A DNA stretch of 64,000 nt, from assembly GCF_009914755.1 (NCBI RefSeq), contig NC_060928.1; one strand, given 5' to 3'. The translations under genes were made by a program, and so were the position numbers. Shown here one piece after another: positions 13,420 to 27,679 of this stretch. The DNA comes from the human T2T-CHM13v2.0 reference genome, Homo sapiens. The first letter of the stretch is position 1; each line of letters starts with the position of its first letter. The notes beneath the pieces are model-generated. The model had not been told where the DNA came from. It worked only from the letters and a program-made list of their open reading frames with translations, and searched no databases.

Positions 13420-13850
13420 CACAGATCAATAAAGACATAATGCTGAGAAACAGATAATGTTGAAAACACTGGCTAGCAATTAGGGAAAATTTCCAAATAG
13501 ATTCTCACCTCACCTCATATAACAAAATGAATCTCAGATAGATTAACTTGTTAAATGTAAAACTGTGTATAAAACCGGAGGTTTACCTTCAATAGAATTA
13601 AACAAATGTCATTTTTGTCAGTCAAGTTAGTAAATATTTAGAGGAATTATAATTTTTAATTCTGGAATAGGTTCTGGGGAAAGATATAATCATGCACTCA
13701 GGTGAAAGTATAATTATTTACAACTTTATAGAAAATATATTTTTAATATGAATAAAGATATTTTTTAAAGTTCATTCTGTTTAACCAGCCACAGGAAACT
13801 AGTCGTAGAGATATGTAAAACTATGCACAAATAAAAATGTCCACTGCTTT
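13420..13850 (+). mobile_element. L1ME ORF2 relic
   Basis: aaacactggctagcaatt...cctcacctcatataacaaaatgaatctcagatagattaa. Confidence 0.55.
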
Positions 13851-14407
13851 GTAATTTAACGTAGATTATAAAATTCAAAAATTTCAGAAGTTTAAAGATG
13901 GAAGACTATTTTAGAAGGCGAATATATTTTATTAGCAAAGAAGTTATTAATAATCTTAGACCTTTTAAATACTTAAAGATCTAAAAATTTGATACATAAC
14001 ATATTCACAATTAAAATACCATCTTGTCAAATAATTATAATTCCTGGCAGTTTATAATAATTACAAAACATTAATAAATTGAGCTTTTAGCTACACCATT
14101 TACAAATTAAATAATAGATTGAGCTTTTATCTACATCATTTGGTAATTTGGGACATTATACAAGGTATTCCTGCTTTCTAACCTTTATTTCTAGTAAGCA
14201 ACAGGATCAAAAGAAAGCCTAATACTACAGTTGTTTTAAAGATTGTGTAAGATTATTATAGTAGATGTTCCATAAATGTGAGCTTTTTCTACACACACCC
14301 CCACCTCCCGAATTTTTTTTCTGGAGTTGTATCTTATAAAAATGTATGTGGGCATGCTTTCCAGTTGAATTATAATACATATACAGAGCATCATATGAAT
14401 ACAGATA

Positions 14408-14520
14408 CCCAGTTTTAGTGATGAGACAATTGAACCTTAGAAACATGGTGATTGTCCAAGGTCACACTGGCAGTAAGGTGCAGATCTGAGATAAGGATCC
14501 ATGTCTCCTGGTTCTCAGTT
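14408..14520 (-). mobile_element. MIR SINE
   Basis: cagttttagtgatgagacaattga...ttgtccaaggtcacac. Confidence 0.75.
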
Positions 14521-16219
14521 TCTTGCTGCAGAGTACCCATGAAATATCAATGCTAAAATTTAGGCAGCCTGTAGAAACTGGAGTGCCTAAAGGACATCTT
14601 CCCACTCCCACATTTTAACAATTACCTTCTTGTTTCAGAGGTAGTATCTGTGAAGCACCCTGATTTGGCTGTGCCCCAACTTATTGTCTTGGTTTTGTTT
14701 TGTTTTTAATGGGGATTCAAATTCTGGCAATAATAAGGCTTGCTGGCATGTGAAATGCAAGAGTAGACTTTTCTTGACCATCTAGATTGGATACCTTTAT
14801 AAGGAGGAGACTGATGATAATGAAGAAGAATTAATGCTAAAAAACCTATCATTCTTTTAAAAAATGGGTTAGTTGATGTCTATCAACTAAGAGTTCATTT
14901 TAAAGACCGAATAATACTAGGAATGCATTTGTTGAATATTTTTCAAGATCCTCTATGACCACAAAGATTATTACAACATCATCATCTCTATATCTGCCTA
15001 CTCACCTTTGGAAAACAAGAATATGAAACTAGAATAGATTATGCTTCATTCTGCATGATTGTTCCGAGCTGTGTGGGAGAGCTGTGTGTGTTCTTTCTTG
15101 CATATCTTTGTGGAAATATATGATAGTGATCCTGCTGGCCTGAGGACGGGTGGGTGTTGTACCATGTGGAGTTAGTTGTATGTTTGTGGGAAGAAAGCTG
15201 TGGGAGGCTGGTGTGATGTGTCTGGAACTCACATCAGTGTATGAGTTAAGGATGAGTCAAATGTGTACCTAACAGGCGGCAACATCTTTATATGTGCATA
15301 AGTGCAGCAAAATTTATTCTCTGTATACCTGGAATTAGATTTGAGCCTACCCATTGAAAAACCCAAGGAATCACTTCCATTATTACCTTCACAGTTAAAT
15401 ATAAACCAAAAGTAGTCATGGTAGCACAAGAGGTACCAATTTTCAAAACTATGGAAACTCTATTTCCATCACTACCAAGGAATGCAAGCAAACTTTCTAA
15501 TTTACTTCCAGTTTAGAATCAGTGGTGCATTTCAACATGCTGTGCACAAAAGAATGTCAGAGAAAAAATTAAAATATATAGGACAGACTCAGAATTTAGC
15601 ATAGAATTATGTTTATCTTAAATGTTTAAAATTTGTTCTTAATAATATGATACATAGTGCAGAGTTTAAATAAATTGAAAACATACTTTTAATTACTCAT
15701 TACTACTAATAATATTGCTTTGAGAGTTTATTAATCAATGTATTGCACATTAGTTGAAGCCTATTAATTATTCCTAGGTGTACAAAGTGAATAACATCTT
15801 CTTCTGGCCCTGCAATCTACTCTAAATTAAATGCATTTGGTTTAGTTTAGTTTTTTTTTTTCACTGTAGGCAATGTATATCTCTATGCCTATATTTCCTG
15901 CAAAATATTAAAATTCTAGTATTACTATTTCCACAAATATGCTGCACATTTTTTAAAGGAAGGTTGACATATTTTATTTGCATATCAGTCTTAATATAGC
16001 AGGCACTCAATAAATATTGATAAATTGAATATTAATTGAAGCATTTATAAAATGTTGTGGAAATAGAAGGGAAAGTGAAAGCAGGAAAGTGTCTAAATCA
16101 CATAGGAGCCTGGGTCTTGATGGGTGAATAACAGTTTCAATTATAAGTGTTAGTGTTTATCCTCCTGAAAGGCTATAGCATTAATCCCCACTTCTAATTC
16201 CAACACATCTCACTCCTAA

Positions 16220-16400
16220 CTATAGAAAGAAGGTATGTGGTAGTAGCCTTACTGGCCCCTTCATGAAAATGGTTTCCTATAGAAAGCATGTATCTGGTAG
16301 TAGCAGCCTTACTAGTTCCCTCATGGTTTCCTATAGAAAGAAGGTATCTGGTAGTAGTAGCCTTACTAGCTCCCTCATGAAGATGGTTTCCTGGAAGGTA
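16220..16400. repeat. Minisatellite, 3 units of 57, 54 and 60 bp
   Basis: Unit ctatagaaagaaggtatctggtagtagccttactagctccctcatgaagatggtttc. Confidence 0.9.
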
Positions 16401-16544
16401 GTGTATAGCATTGAGTCAACATTTAAAGCTAACATAAAATGAAGTCAAACTCATTTTTCAGCCAGCAGCCACATCAAAAAGGTGTTTTATAACAAACAAA
16501 ATAAATAAAAGATATTCTGTAAACAATGACACCCTAAATCTTAC

Positions 16545-16610
16545 TTCGTTCATTCATTCATTTGGCAAATATGTATTGTGTACCTACTGTGTACCAGGTA
16601 CTCTTCAAGA
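16545..16610 (-). mobile_element. L2 3' end
   Basis: ttcattcattcatttggcaaatatgtattgtgtacctactgtgtaccagg. Confidence 0.8.
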
Positions 16611-17248
16611 TTTGTGGGGAAGAACTGTTTTCAAATTCCTTTTATTACTTCCCTAAAGGCAGAGACTGTGGGCCTAGCATGGCATACCTCATTCACAAAG
16701 AGATATTTCTCCCAGCTTTTAGTTGACACATTCTAAAGTTAGCAAAAAATTACTTCAAAACAATGAGAAGCTTGTAAGATAAAGTTTGCAGGTGATACAT
16801 GTTTTTCTCTTGTTGAAGTTGCTTAGCCTGACTTTGGCAGGAGAAAGCTACAGATTCTGTTTAACATATTAAGCTCAGTAGTTAGTCCACTAAGCTTTCT
16901 CTAAAAGAAAATCAGTAATTTGGAGATGTCAGAGGATCTCTGCACCCATATGCAGTATCTTCCCAAGGTTTTCCCATAACTAGCCCTTCTTGACATGGAC
17001 TCTTCAAAGTGATAATTCAATGAGCAGACCCTTTAAAAAATCAGATGTCATGAAAAGAAATTGCCTGCCTATATACTGGTATCATCTCAAATTGTAGGGG
17101 GAAACGTTAGAATGAAGTCATCTTGAAATTTACATGTAATCAATCCTTGTATAGTCTATGGTCTGGACCAGTCATACTGAATGGTGCTTGATACACAGTA
17201 TTGATAAAGCAATTTCCAGTTAATTTTTATGAGTTGTCCCTAGGACGC

Positions 17249-17500
17249 TGTGTTAGATTACCTTTTGTCAACTCAGTGAGAGTATCTTCTCATTTCTATG
17301 CTGTGACTTTTCACAAGGGCTACAAGCCTAGGAACTACATTTCCTGGCATCTCTGGGTTAATTTCCACCAATGAGAGGCACTCAAGGATTTGAAAGTAAG
17401 AAGCAAAGCAGGATGGTCTTCAACAAAAGTAAGATTTTGCGGAAGCTTCCTGTGAATCACCCACCTCAGTTCTAGAGCTGTGGCCATCACCACATAGTTT
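17249..17500. mobile_element. Ancient ERVL LTR fragment (LTR33-like)
   Basis: gaactacatttcc...ccaatgagaggcact motifs. Confidence 0.5.
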
Positions 17501-19967
17501 ACTGCACATTTTTAAACTTCCATAACAATTCAAAAGCAATGGGACAATTTCCTTTTTTATTTTGATCCATTGATTAGGAAAGATTTATTGAGTGCTTTCT
17601 ATGACTCTGATACTGGCAAGGCTCTGTTTGTAGAAAATCAAATAAACATTTCCCTGCCCCAAAGGAACTTATTACAATTTTTATAAATATATGATGACAA
17701 CAAAAAACACAAAAGTACTCAAACCTACAGAGATTGGTGAGAGATTTCTCTCATTTACAGATAAAGAGAAGAGGCAGTACTGGTTTTTCTTTCACTGAAT
17801 ATTGCACTCAGCAATTTGATCCTGTAAAGTTGCCAAGGCAATGCCAACGGACTATGACAGCATATGGGAGAAGACAGACATTCACATACACAGACACAGT
17901 GATTTTGTAAGCCTCCTTTATTAGATGCCACACTAAAAATAAAAGTTTCCATCAAGATTATGTTTTATCACATCAAAATAGCCTAATTTGCCAGGCTGTG
18001 GAAAATAGATGCTAAACCACTTCTGGCAGTTTGAAATGTGATCTAAATGTATTAGAAGATGACATTTCTTTTGCCACATGCACTTCAGAGGCTTCCGGCT
18101 AAATAGTAATACAAGTAGCACAAACAACAGAGTGAGAATGTTTATCACACTCTTTATTCTTATGTGCCCTAGTCGACACCCACCTCCTTATATCAGACTG
18201 AAAAGACTATAATGAAGAAATGATGAATAAATCATTTAGGTCAAGTATCTTTCTATATATAGTTGAAGCCATGATTTTAAAACTAAAGCACTTATAACCT
18301 TAAAATACTTTGGGCTACATGCAGGATGTCAATTTTACCTTTAATGTAAGTAAGAGACAGAGAGTTGTTTTTATAAGAGATGAACGGAGCATGAAACTTT
18401 TGATGTTATCTTTTCACTGAAATCATTGACAAAGCCAAAAAGAAACAGAATAATTTGTTTTTCATTTTGTATTTCAGTCTGGTCATTTCTCTTAAAAGAA
18501 AAAAATTTCCTTTTACCCTTATGACACTACTTAGTTAAGCATGAATGTTATATATGGAATAACTCATTAGATTAACTGACAGATTAACAATAATGTATTC
18601 AGGAGCACTTGATGATAAAGAAAACAAGAGCTCGAAATAACCTTAGCCAATAGAAGTCACGGACCTTTTCAGCACACAAATTTTTCTCTATTAATGGCTC
18701 TGTGGGTTCTCCACAGCCTTGTTCTATTTTTTTTTAAAGTGTATTTTCCTTCCTTAACTTATTGTGAAGGGCCAAAATAATCACCTTCTTAATTAAGAAG
18801 CAAAGCCATAAATAATGGAAATCTCAATTATGTTAAGGGGAAAATAAGCCATTAATAACAAAATGGTGAATATATCCAGAGAAAATTAGGAAGTTCAATT
18901 AAATTATCTTAAAAGAAAATCTGATATTTTTGTAGAAGAAAATTACTAGTATAAGATTACAGTGAAACATAAACACCAAAGGCAGGATCAGATAAACAAA
19001 TGAAGTTCACTTTAGGACCATGATCTGATCCCATGAAGACGCTTGAGTAACACCATCAGTGCCACCAGGTAGGTGCTTGGGATAGTAGACAAGGCAATGT
19101 CATGATGTTGCCAAGCAGGACATCTGTCTTTAGTTGGTCCCCAAACTAACTGTGACATTGCTTATTACGATGCTTGAAATAGTGAATGGATGAATGAGTG
19201 AATGAATGAATGAATAAATAAATATAATACCCTTGATCAATCCAAGAGCACAGAAGATAAAGAAAATAGCAACAAACACAAGAATAACCTACTTCAGTTA
19301 GAGAAAGGCCATTCTCAAACTAAGTAATTGTAGACAATTTGCAGGAAATAGTGCAGGGAATAAACATCCAAAGAAAACTTTTGATAAAAACCTGATGCTT
19401 GAAACAAAAATAAATATTTTATATTCGGTGTCTCCTGCTGAGTTTTACCATTCGCACTTTACCCTAATATTAAATCCTTACTGGAATTTTTTTACATATG
19501 AACATGATATTCCTAGCAATTTCTAGAGAACAGTATGCAAGTCATAGTCATTATGCAAAAACTAATGATATGAATAAATATTTATCTCAGAACATATTAG
19601 TTAGTGTCAGAAATATACATACAGGATGTATCAGAATTATAAAAAAATCATTTTATGAAGGATTCAGAGTTAAAACCACATTGAGCTCTATTTAAATGTT
19701 ATTAGCATAATAACTAAAACAACAAAATAACTTTCTAGTCAGGGGAGTAACAGGACATCATGGATGTGTAACAATATCTCATTCAACCTACAGTATCTAT
19801 GAATATTTTACATAGTTTTTAATTCCTAAATTTGGCTATTTTTTCAATACCGTTTTTACTTACACAAACATTATAGTAAGAAATATTCTATATATTCACA
19901 ATAAGATTCTGGACTGCAAGTTAGTGAAATAGCCAGACTGGACTCAGGATAAACAGGAAAATATTGT

Positions 19968-19971
<4 letters not shown>

Positions 19972-20015
<44 letters not shown>
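19972..20015. repeat. (TA)22 microsatellite
   Basis: Perfect TA run. Confidence 0.98.
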
Positions 20016-20020
<5 letters not shown>

Positions 20021-20037
20021 TCCTGTAATATTTATAG

Positions 20038-20200
20038 AAGTGGGGTTTCAACCAAGACTCTACATTGGAGTCATCTAAGGAGCTTTTCAAGATTACCTAA
20101 TGCATAGGACCCATCCTAGAACAAAGGAATCAGAATTTTTAAAGTTGGGACAAAAATGTACGAGGTTGTACTAATGGTGCAGCCAAGATTAAGAACTGCC
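20038..20200. mobile_element. MER5A element
   Basis: cattggagtcatctaaggagctt...gcagccaagattaagaactgcc. Confidence 0.7.
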
Positions 20201-20889
20201 AGATTTAACAGAAAATATATATATAGTTAAAGTAACATCATCTCTCATTAAACTTACCTAGTGAAAGCATAAAGATGGTTTTCTGTAACATAGGAAAATA
20301 TTAAGGATGGAAAATTAGCCTGCAAAATATTCTATGTAAAGGTAAAACATTGAATAAAATGGTGCAATAATAGTTACTTAAATTGCAGATCTTAAATTTT
20401 GTAATAATTTTCTCTATCTGCTATCATTTAGATCAAATTATAAATATCTAACCAGCCTAAAGGCCTCTCAACATATAAGAGGATCTGTATCATCAAACTA
20501 GATGAGATAGCAGTACTTAATAAGCAATGTTGAGAAGGAATGAGGTAAATTCATTTACAACATACTCTTTCTTCTCTTCTTTCTCTCAAGAATATTCAAG
20601 GTTTTGCTCAAGCCCTCTAAAAATGAAACATCAAAGTTATAGATTAAAATCTTAATCAACACTTATCTTTTAGATTTTTATTCTTTGAAAACCAATTATT
20701 ATATTGAGTTTTACATACCAAAGCCATATATACTCATTGTCTTATTTTTAAAAAACATTTTAATGTATATCCATATAACTCAACTAAAATACAGGAGTCT
20801 TTTATATGTTTTGCCTTTAACTATGACTCCCTATCCTATATATAGAAATCAAATTATTTTAGAACTGAAATGGACCTTCAGGTTCACAC

Positions 20890-22180
20890 TTTTTTTAAAT
20901 TCCTCACCTCAAGCATATACCATTTCTTTGTGCTACAAGCATTCGAATTATACTCTTTGAGTTATTTTTAAATGTACAATGAATTATTGTTGATTGTAAT
21001 CATCCTGCTGTGCATAATAAGATCAAGTATTAGGTCTTATTCATTTTTTCTAACTATATTTTTGTACCCATTAACCATCCCCACCTTACCCCCTACCTCT
21101 CACTTCCTTTCTCAGCCTCTAGTAACCATCCTTCTACTCTCTATCTCCATGAGATATACTAATTTCCTTTCTTTTTGTTAGATAATTAGAAGTGGGGTTG
21201 CTGGATCACATGGTAGCTCTATGTTTACTTGAAGAACCTTCAAACTGCTCTCTGTACTGGTTATACTAATTTACATTCCCACCAACAGCATATGAGGCTC
21301 CCCTTTCTCCATATTCCCTCCAGCATTTGTTCTTGTCTGCCTTTTGGATATAAGCCATTTTAACTGGGGTAAGATGATATCTCATTGTAGCTTTGATTTG
21401 CATTTCTCTGATAATTAATGATGTTGGGCAACTTTTCATACGCCTTTTTGCCATTTGTATTGTGTTCTTTGGAGAAATGTCTATTTGGCTCCTTTGCCCA
21501 TTTTTTAAGAGGATTATTAGATTTCTTTTTCCTATTGAGTTGTTTGAGCTCCTTATATATTCTGGTTATTAATCCCTTGTCAGATCAGTAGTTTGCAAAT
21601 ATTTTCTCCCATTCTGTGGGTTGTCTCTTCACTTTGTTGATGGTTTCCCTTGCTGTACAGAAGCTTTTTAACTTGATATGATCCCATTTGTAAATTTTTG
21701 CTTTGGTTACCTGTGATTGTGAAGTATTACTCAAGAAATTTTTGCCCAGATTAATTTCCTGGAGAGTTTCCCCAATGTTTTCTTGTAGGAATTTCATAGT
21801 TTGAGGTCTTAGATTTAAGCTTTTAATGCATTTTGATTTGTTTTTTGTATATGGTAAGAGATAGTGGTGGTCTAGGTTTCTTCTTCTACCTACAGATATC
21901 CAGTTTCCTCAGCACCATTTATTAAGGAAAATGTCCTTTCCCCAGTGTATGTTCTTGGCACTTGTTTCAAGAGCAAGTTCGCCTTAGATGTTTGGATTTA
22001 TTTCTGAATTTTCTATTCTGTTCCATTGATCTGTGTATCTGTCTTTATGCCAGTACCATGTTATTTTGGGTTACTATAGATCTGTAGTATAATTTGAAGT
22101 CAGTTTATATGATTCCTCCAGTTTTATTCTTTTTGTTCCAGATGGCTTTGGCTACTCTGGGTCTTTTGTTGTTCCATATA
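20890..22180 (-). mobile_element. L1MA 3' portion (ORF2 C-terminus and 3'UTR)
   Basis: Minus-strand ORFs 21266-21454 and 21585-21797 encode ORF2 motifs ([17 protein letters not shown]; [13 protein letters not shown]); internal deletion near 21150. Confidence 0.9.
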
Positions 22181-23816
22181 GGTTACTGATTCAGTAATAA
22201 CACATAGACCAATTCACTTTGTGAGAAATCCAGAAGCCAGTTAAGATACTGTTGTACCCCCAAGCAAGTGTGAAACCAGTCACACTGAATCCAGTAGGAA
22301 ACTGTGGCACTCACTTACCATAGCCCCTCATCTTGACTCACCCTGGCACAATCAGAAAAACTTAAGCTCCCAGCTTAAATTTTCCCTCCCTCCAAATTTC
22401 ACAGGGAGGGGAAAAATGAAGATTGAAACATCATCCAACATTCAGACTTTTGGGGGAGGCTGCCCAAAGAACTATTTTATATTTTGCCTGAATCTACATG
22501 TTGACAGGAAAAGGCACTAGCCTGGGATATCTGAGAACAAAGGCAATGGTTTGAAGTACTCATTTATTGTAGTATCATTTTCGAGTTCAGCATGGAATGA
22601 GTAGGAGAAAATCTCCAACTCCCAACTTCTTTCTGGGAATGGAAAGAGTTGGAGTGTAAGGCCAGTTTTCCAGCTTTTTGAAGGGCTGTCCATGGACTGG
22701 TTTCTGTCTCATCCTACTAGGCATGCTGATGAGACCTGGAATACTATAGATGGCTGAAGGCTGCTGAGGACAAAAACAGTTTGGTTGCATGCTGTTGTTC
22801 CAGAGAATGTGCAGTGAGGCTGACAGAAGCCAATGTAGCTGGACAGCCTCTCCCTCAAGGGGTAAAAAGAAGAGTGGAGCATGCATCCAACATTCTAGCA
22901 TTTTAGTGGGCTAGCCAAAGGACTCATATCTGTCTCGCTTGACTCATAGCAGTAACAGGATTTGGCATACTCTAGAACCTGTAGTCACTGAAAACAGAAG
23001 AGTTGAGTAGCCTGCAGCAACCTCAGAGAACCTATAGTGCCACGGGTTTATTAGAGACAGCAAGAGATTGCAAACTTCTAAAAAGAAAAGATAGGCAAAT
23101 GCTTCAAATTGGGAATCTGCATGTGTGAGTACAGATAAGATACATTGACAGGAAAGGCTCTAGACACCTCCAAAATCTCTAGCAAAACTGGTTAATGAAG
23201 TTCTTTTCCTACACAAAGGCACTCCATAGAGACTGGAAGAGGTGGCTGCATTTTCAAATACAAGATCACAACACAAAATTACAAGACACACAAAGAAACA
23301 GGGAAACACAGCCCAATCAGAGGAAGAAAATGAATTTCCAGAAACCTACCACAAAGAATCAGAGAAGTATGAATTACCTGACAAATAATTCAAAATACAG
23401 ATCATAAAAATGTGCAGTAAGCATTCAATATGCATGAATAAAGTGAGACTGTTAGTAAAGATATTGAAAGTATAATCCAGAACCAAACAGAAATTTTTGA
23501 GCAAAAGAATACAATAATTAAATTGAAAAGTCCACGGGGAGAATTCAACAGCAGATTTGATCAAGCAAAAGAATCAGTTAGCTCAAAGATTGGTCCTTTG
23601 AAATTATCTAGTCTGAAAGCAAAAAGAAAAAAAGAATGAAAAGAGGGAAGAAAGCCTAAGGGACAAATGCTACACCATCAAACAGACCAATATACACAGG
23701 AAAGTTCCAGAAGAAGAGAGAGGAAGGGAGTAGAAAGCTTTATTGAAGAAATAATGGCCAAAAACTTCAGAAATCTGGAGAAGGAAATGAATATGCAAAT
23801 TCAAGAAGTCCAGTGA

Positions 23817-24228
23817 GGTTGGGCGTGATGGTTCACTCCTGTAATCCCAGCACTTTGGGAGGCCGAGGCAGTGGATCACTTGAAGCCAGGAGTTTGAGAC
23901 CAGCCTGGCCAATATGGTGAAATCTCAAAATATAAAAATTATAAAATATAATACCATTATAAAATATAATAATAATTATAAATTTAACCCCAAAATACAA
24001 AAATTATAAATATAATACCAAAATTATAAATATAATACCAAAAATACAAAAATTAGCTGGGCATGGTGATGCATGCCTGTAATCCCAGGTACTCAGGAGG
24101 TTAAGGCAGGAGAATCACTTGAACCCAGGAAACAGAGGTTGCAGTGAATTGAGATCACACCACTGCACTCCAGCCTGGGCAACAGAGCAATACTCCGTCT
24201 CAAAAACAAACAAGCAAACAAACAGAAG
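23817..24228 (+). mobile_element. AluS with expanded central A-rich linker
   Basis: Both arms present; TSD gaag(t/c)ccagtga at 23805-23816 and 24229-24240. Confidence 0.95.
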
Positions 24229-26094
24229 GAAGCCCAGTGAATCTCAACTAGGAGGAACTAAAAGAGGCCCACAACAAGACACTTTATAATCAAATTGTCA
24301 AAGTCAAAAACAGAGAAAAACTTGAAAGCAGAATGAGAAAATCAACTTGACACAAACAAGGGAGCCTTCATGAGACTATCAACAGATTTCTGGTGAAAAC
24401 CTTATGCTGAGAGGAAAAATGCCAAACAACACTATATCCAGAAAAACTGTTATTTAAAAATGAAGGAGAAATAGACTTGCTCAAATAAACAAAGGCTGAG
24501 GGAAAGCATCACTACTAGATTTACCTTAGAAAGAAATGCTGACATTGGTCAAGTTGAAATGAAAGGATGCTAGAAAGCAACACAATAGCGTATGAAGGTA
24601 TAAAGTTTACTGGTCAAGATAAAATATGTAGTCAAATACAGAATATTACATTACTGTAATGGTTGCATATAAATCACATTTACTTTGGTATAGAAGTTAA
24701 AAAAGAACAGTATAAAAATGAACTATAACTATAAAAAATATGTGAATGGATCCACAATATATAAAGATGTCATTTGTGGCATCAATAATGTAAAGCGTGT
24801 GGGAGAAGTCAAAGAACAGAATTTTCCCATGCCATTTGGTATTATTTTAAAACAGATTGTTATAATTACAATGTGTTTTATGTAAGCCTCATGGTGATTA
24901 AAAAGAACATACCTATAAAACATACACAAAAGAAAATGAGAATGGAATCAAAGCATGTCACTACAAAAAAATTAAAGAAACACAATGGAAGAGACCAAGA
25001 GAGAAAAATAGGAACAAAAAAAACCTACAACACAGAAAACAACAAAATGGCAATAGTATGATTCTTCTTATCAATAATTACTATAAAAATGCATGGATTC
25101 AACTCCTCCATTAAAGACATACAGTGGCTGCATGAATTTAAAAAAAAGACAAAACTATATGCTGTCTACAAGAGACTCACCTTAAATGGAGCACACATAT
25201 GCTGAAAGTGAAAAGATAGGAAAAGGTATTACATGAAAATAGTAACCAAAAGAAAGCAGGGTGGCCTTACTTATACCAGAGAAAATAGACTTTAAGTCAG
25301 AAACTGTCACAAGAAATAAGGAAAGACCCTGTATAATACTGAAATAGTCAATTCAACAAGAAGATTTCACAATTACAAATACATACACGGTCATCATCAG
25401 CACACCCAAATGTATAAAGCAAACATTGACAGAACTGAAGAGAGAAATAGACAGCAACACAACATAGGGGATTTCAATACCACAGTTTTAACAATGGATA
25501 GAACATACAAATAGATCAATAAAGAAATAGAGGACTTGAACAATACTATAGACCAAATGAACCTAACAGATGTATACAGAACACTCCACCCAACAACAGC
25601 AGAATCCACATTCTTCTCAGCACACATAGGACATTCCCCAAAATAGATCACTTTTTAAGTCACAAAGTAGACATTTCTCAAAAGAAGACATAAAAATGGC
25701 TAAGAAGTATATGAAATGATGCTCAATATCACTAATCATTGGGTAAATGCAAATTACAATGAGATATCCCTTTACAACTCTTAAGATGGCCATCATCAAA
25801 TAAAAAAAAAAAACAGAAGCAGCAAGTGGTGGTGAGGATGTGGAGAATTGGAACTCTCATGCACTATTGGCAGGAATGTAAAATGGTGTAGCCATTATGC
25901 AAAGCAGAATGAATGTTCCTTAAAAATAAAACTACCATATGATCCAGCAATCTCACTCCTGAATATTTATCCAAAAGAATTGAAATCAGAATCTCAAAGA
26001 TATTTACATTCTCATATTCATTGTAACATTATTCACAATAGTCAAGAGGTGAAAACAATCAAGTGTCTATCAATAAATGAAGAAAATGGTGTGT

Positions 26095-26285
26095 GTATAT
26101 ACATATATATGGAATAAATGATGAAATATATAATGGAATGGAATATGGAATATTATATATTATATATAATTATATACAATATTCCATATATAATATATAA
26201 TGGGATGGAATATATTATATATAATATTCCACATATATAATATACAATGGGATGGAATATAGAATATATATATATGTGGAATATT
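26095..26285. repeat. AT-rich low-complexity expansion (atatat/ggaat) inside L1
   Basis: Repeated tatataatgg(g)atggaatat units. Confidence 0.85.
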
Positions 26286-26987
26286 TTTCAGCCTTTTTCA
26301 AAAAGAAAATCCTGCCATCTGCAAAAACATGAATGAACCTAGAGGACATTATGCTGAGTTAAATAAGCCAATTGCAAGGTAAATACTGCATGATTCCATT
26401 CATATGAAGTATATCATCAAAGTAGAACATCAAAGCAGAAAGTAGAATGGTGGTTACCAGGCACTGGTGAAAGGGGTGGAAATGGGAAGCTGTTGTTTCA
26501 TCAGTAAAGAATTTCAGTCATGCTAGATGAAAAAGCTCTAGAGATCTGTTGTACAGTACTGTACATGTAGTTAACTGCACACTTAAAAGTTTAAGAGTGT
26601 AAATTTCATGTTAAATGTTTCTGCAACAACCAACCAGTCAGTTATCTTGCCTAAATATCCTATTTAAATATTTTAAAATAGGATAAATATATCTATGTCA
26701 TAAATGTATTATGAGGATTAATTTGCTAATATATGTAGACTTCATAGAACAGTGCCAGGAATGTTGTCGGGTGTTAATTTTATATAAATATGTATATAAA
26801 TATAAATAAAATTTATTGTTCATTTTTGTTGCTATATAAATTACTGATGCTTAATAAATTTTGATGATTGATTGATAATAAAGTGTTCAAAGATGTCAAT
26901 AAAGTAATTGAACCAAGCACTAACAGGGCTATCAATTAAACCAGTGGCAAAATCCTCTAGCAGGGTAAATTTTTAAAAGATGATTGA

Positions 26988-27339
<352 letters not shown>

Positions 27340-27384
27340 ATCATTGTTTTTTGTTTTTGGGGGTTTTGTTTAGTTTTTTATTTG

Positions 27385-27480
27385 TTTTTCTAATTTATAC
27401 TTTTAATTCAACAGCTTTTGGGGTGCAAGTAGTTTTTGGTTACATGAACTAATTGTGTAGTAGTGAAGTCTGAGACTTGT
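27385..27480 (-). mobile_element. L1PB/L1MA 3' end fragment
   Basis: cagcttttggggtgcaagtagtttttggttacatga...gaagtctgaga. Confidence 0.7.
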
Positions 27481-27679
27481 ACTTGTTAATCTTTGTTCAA
27501 AGTAACTGGTAACAGATTACTATTATTCATTATGTCCTCCTATATTAACATTCAATCCATTTTTTATCTTACCTAACTTCAATTTAATGGCACTCAATAA
27601 TAAATTGAGTATATTAACACCATGCAACTGTGTAGCATTAACTGAGATTATGTGTAGATTTTGAAGCAGGAGCAAGAAC

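Larger units (their letters stand above)
22190..26620 (+). mobile_element. Old L1 (L1MA/MB class) with 5'UTR, ORF1, EN domain and 3' end, lacking the RT region
   Basis: ORF1 relic about 23230-24560, EN relic about 25050-25665, joined directly to C-terminal agacatttctcaaaagaagac and the 3'UTR. Confidence 0.8.

Noticed and set aside
15029-15491. Three short minus-strand ORFs, one hydrophobic (FGLYLTVKVIMEVIPWVFQW)
   Set aside because: No recognisable protein family or supporting splice structure; lengths expected by chance.
16220-16400. CRISPR-like array
   Set aside because: Units are contiguous with no unique spacers, there are no cas genes, and the DNA is primate.
20890-26620. Head-to-head L1s as a twin-priming inversion
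   Set aside because: Each piece has its own, different 3'UTR and the plus-strand piece starts in the 5'UTR, so these are two separate insertions.
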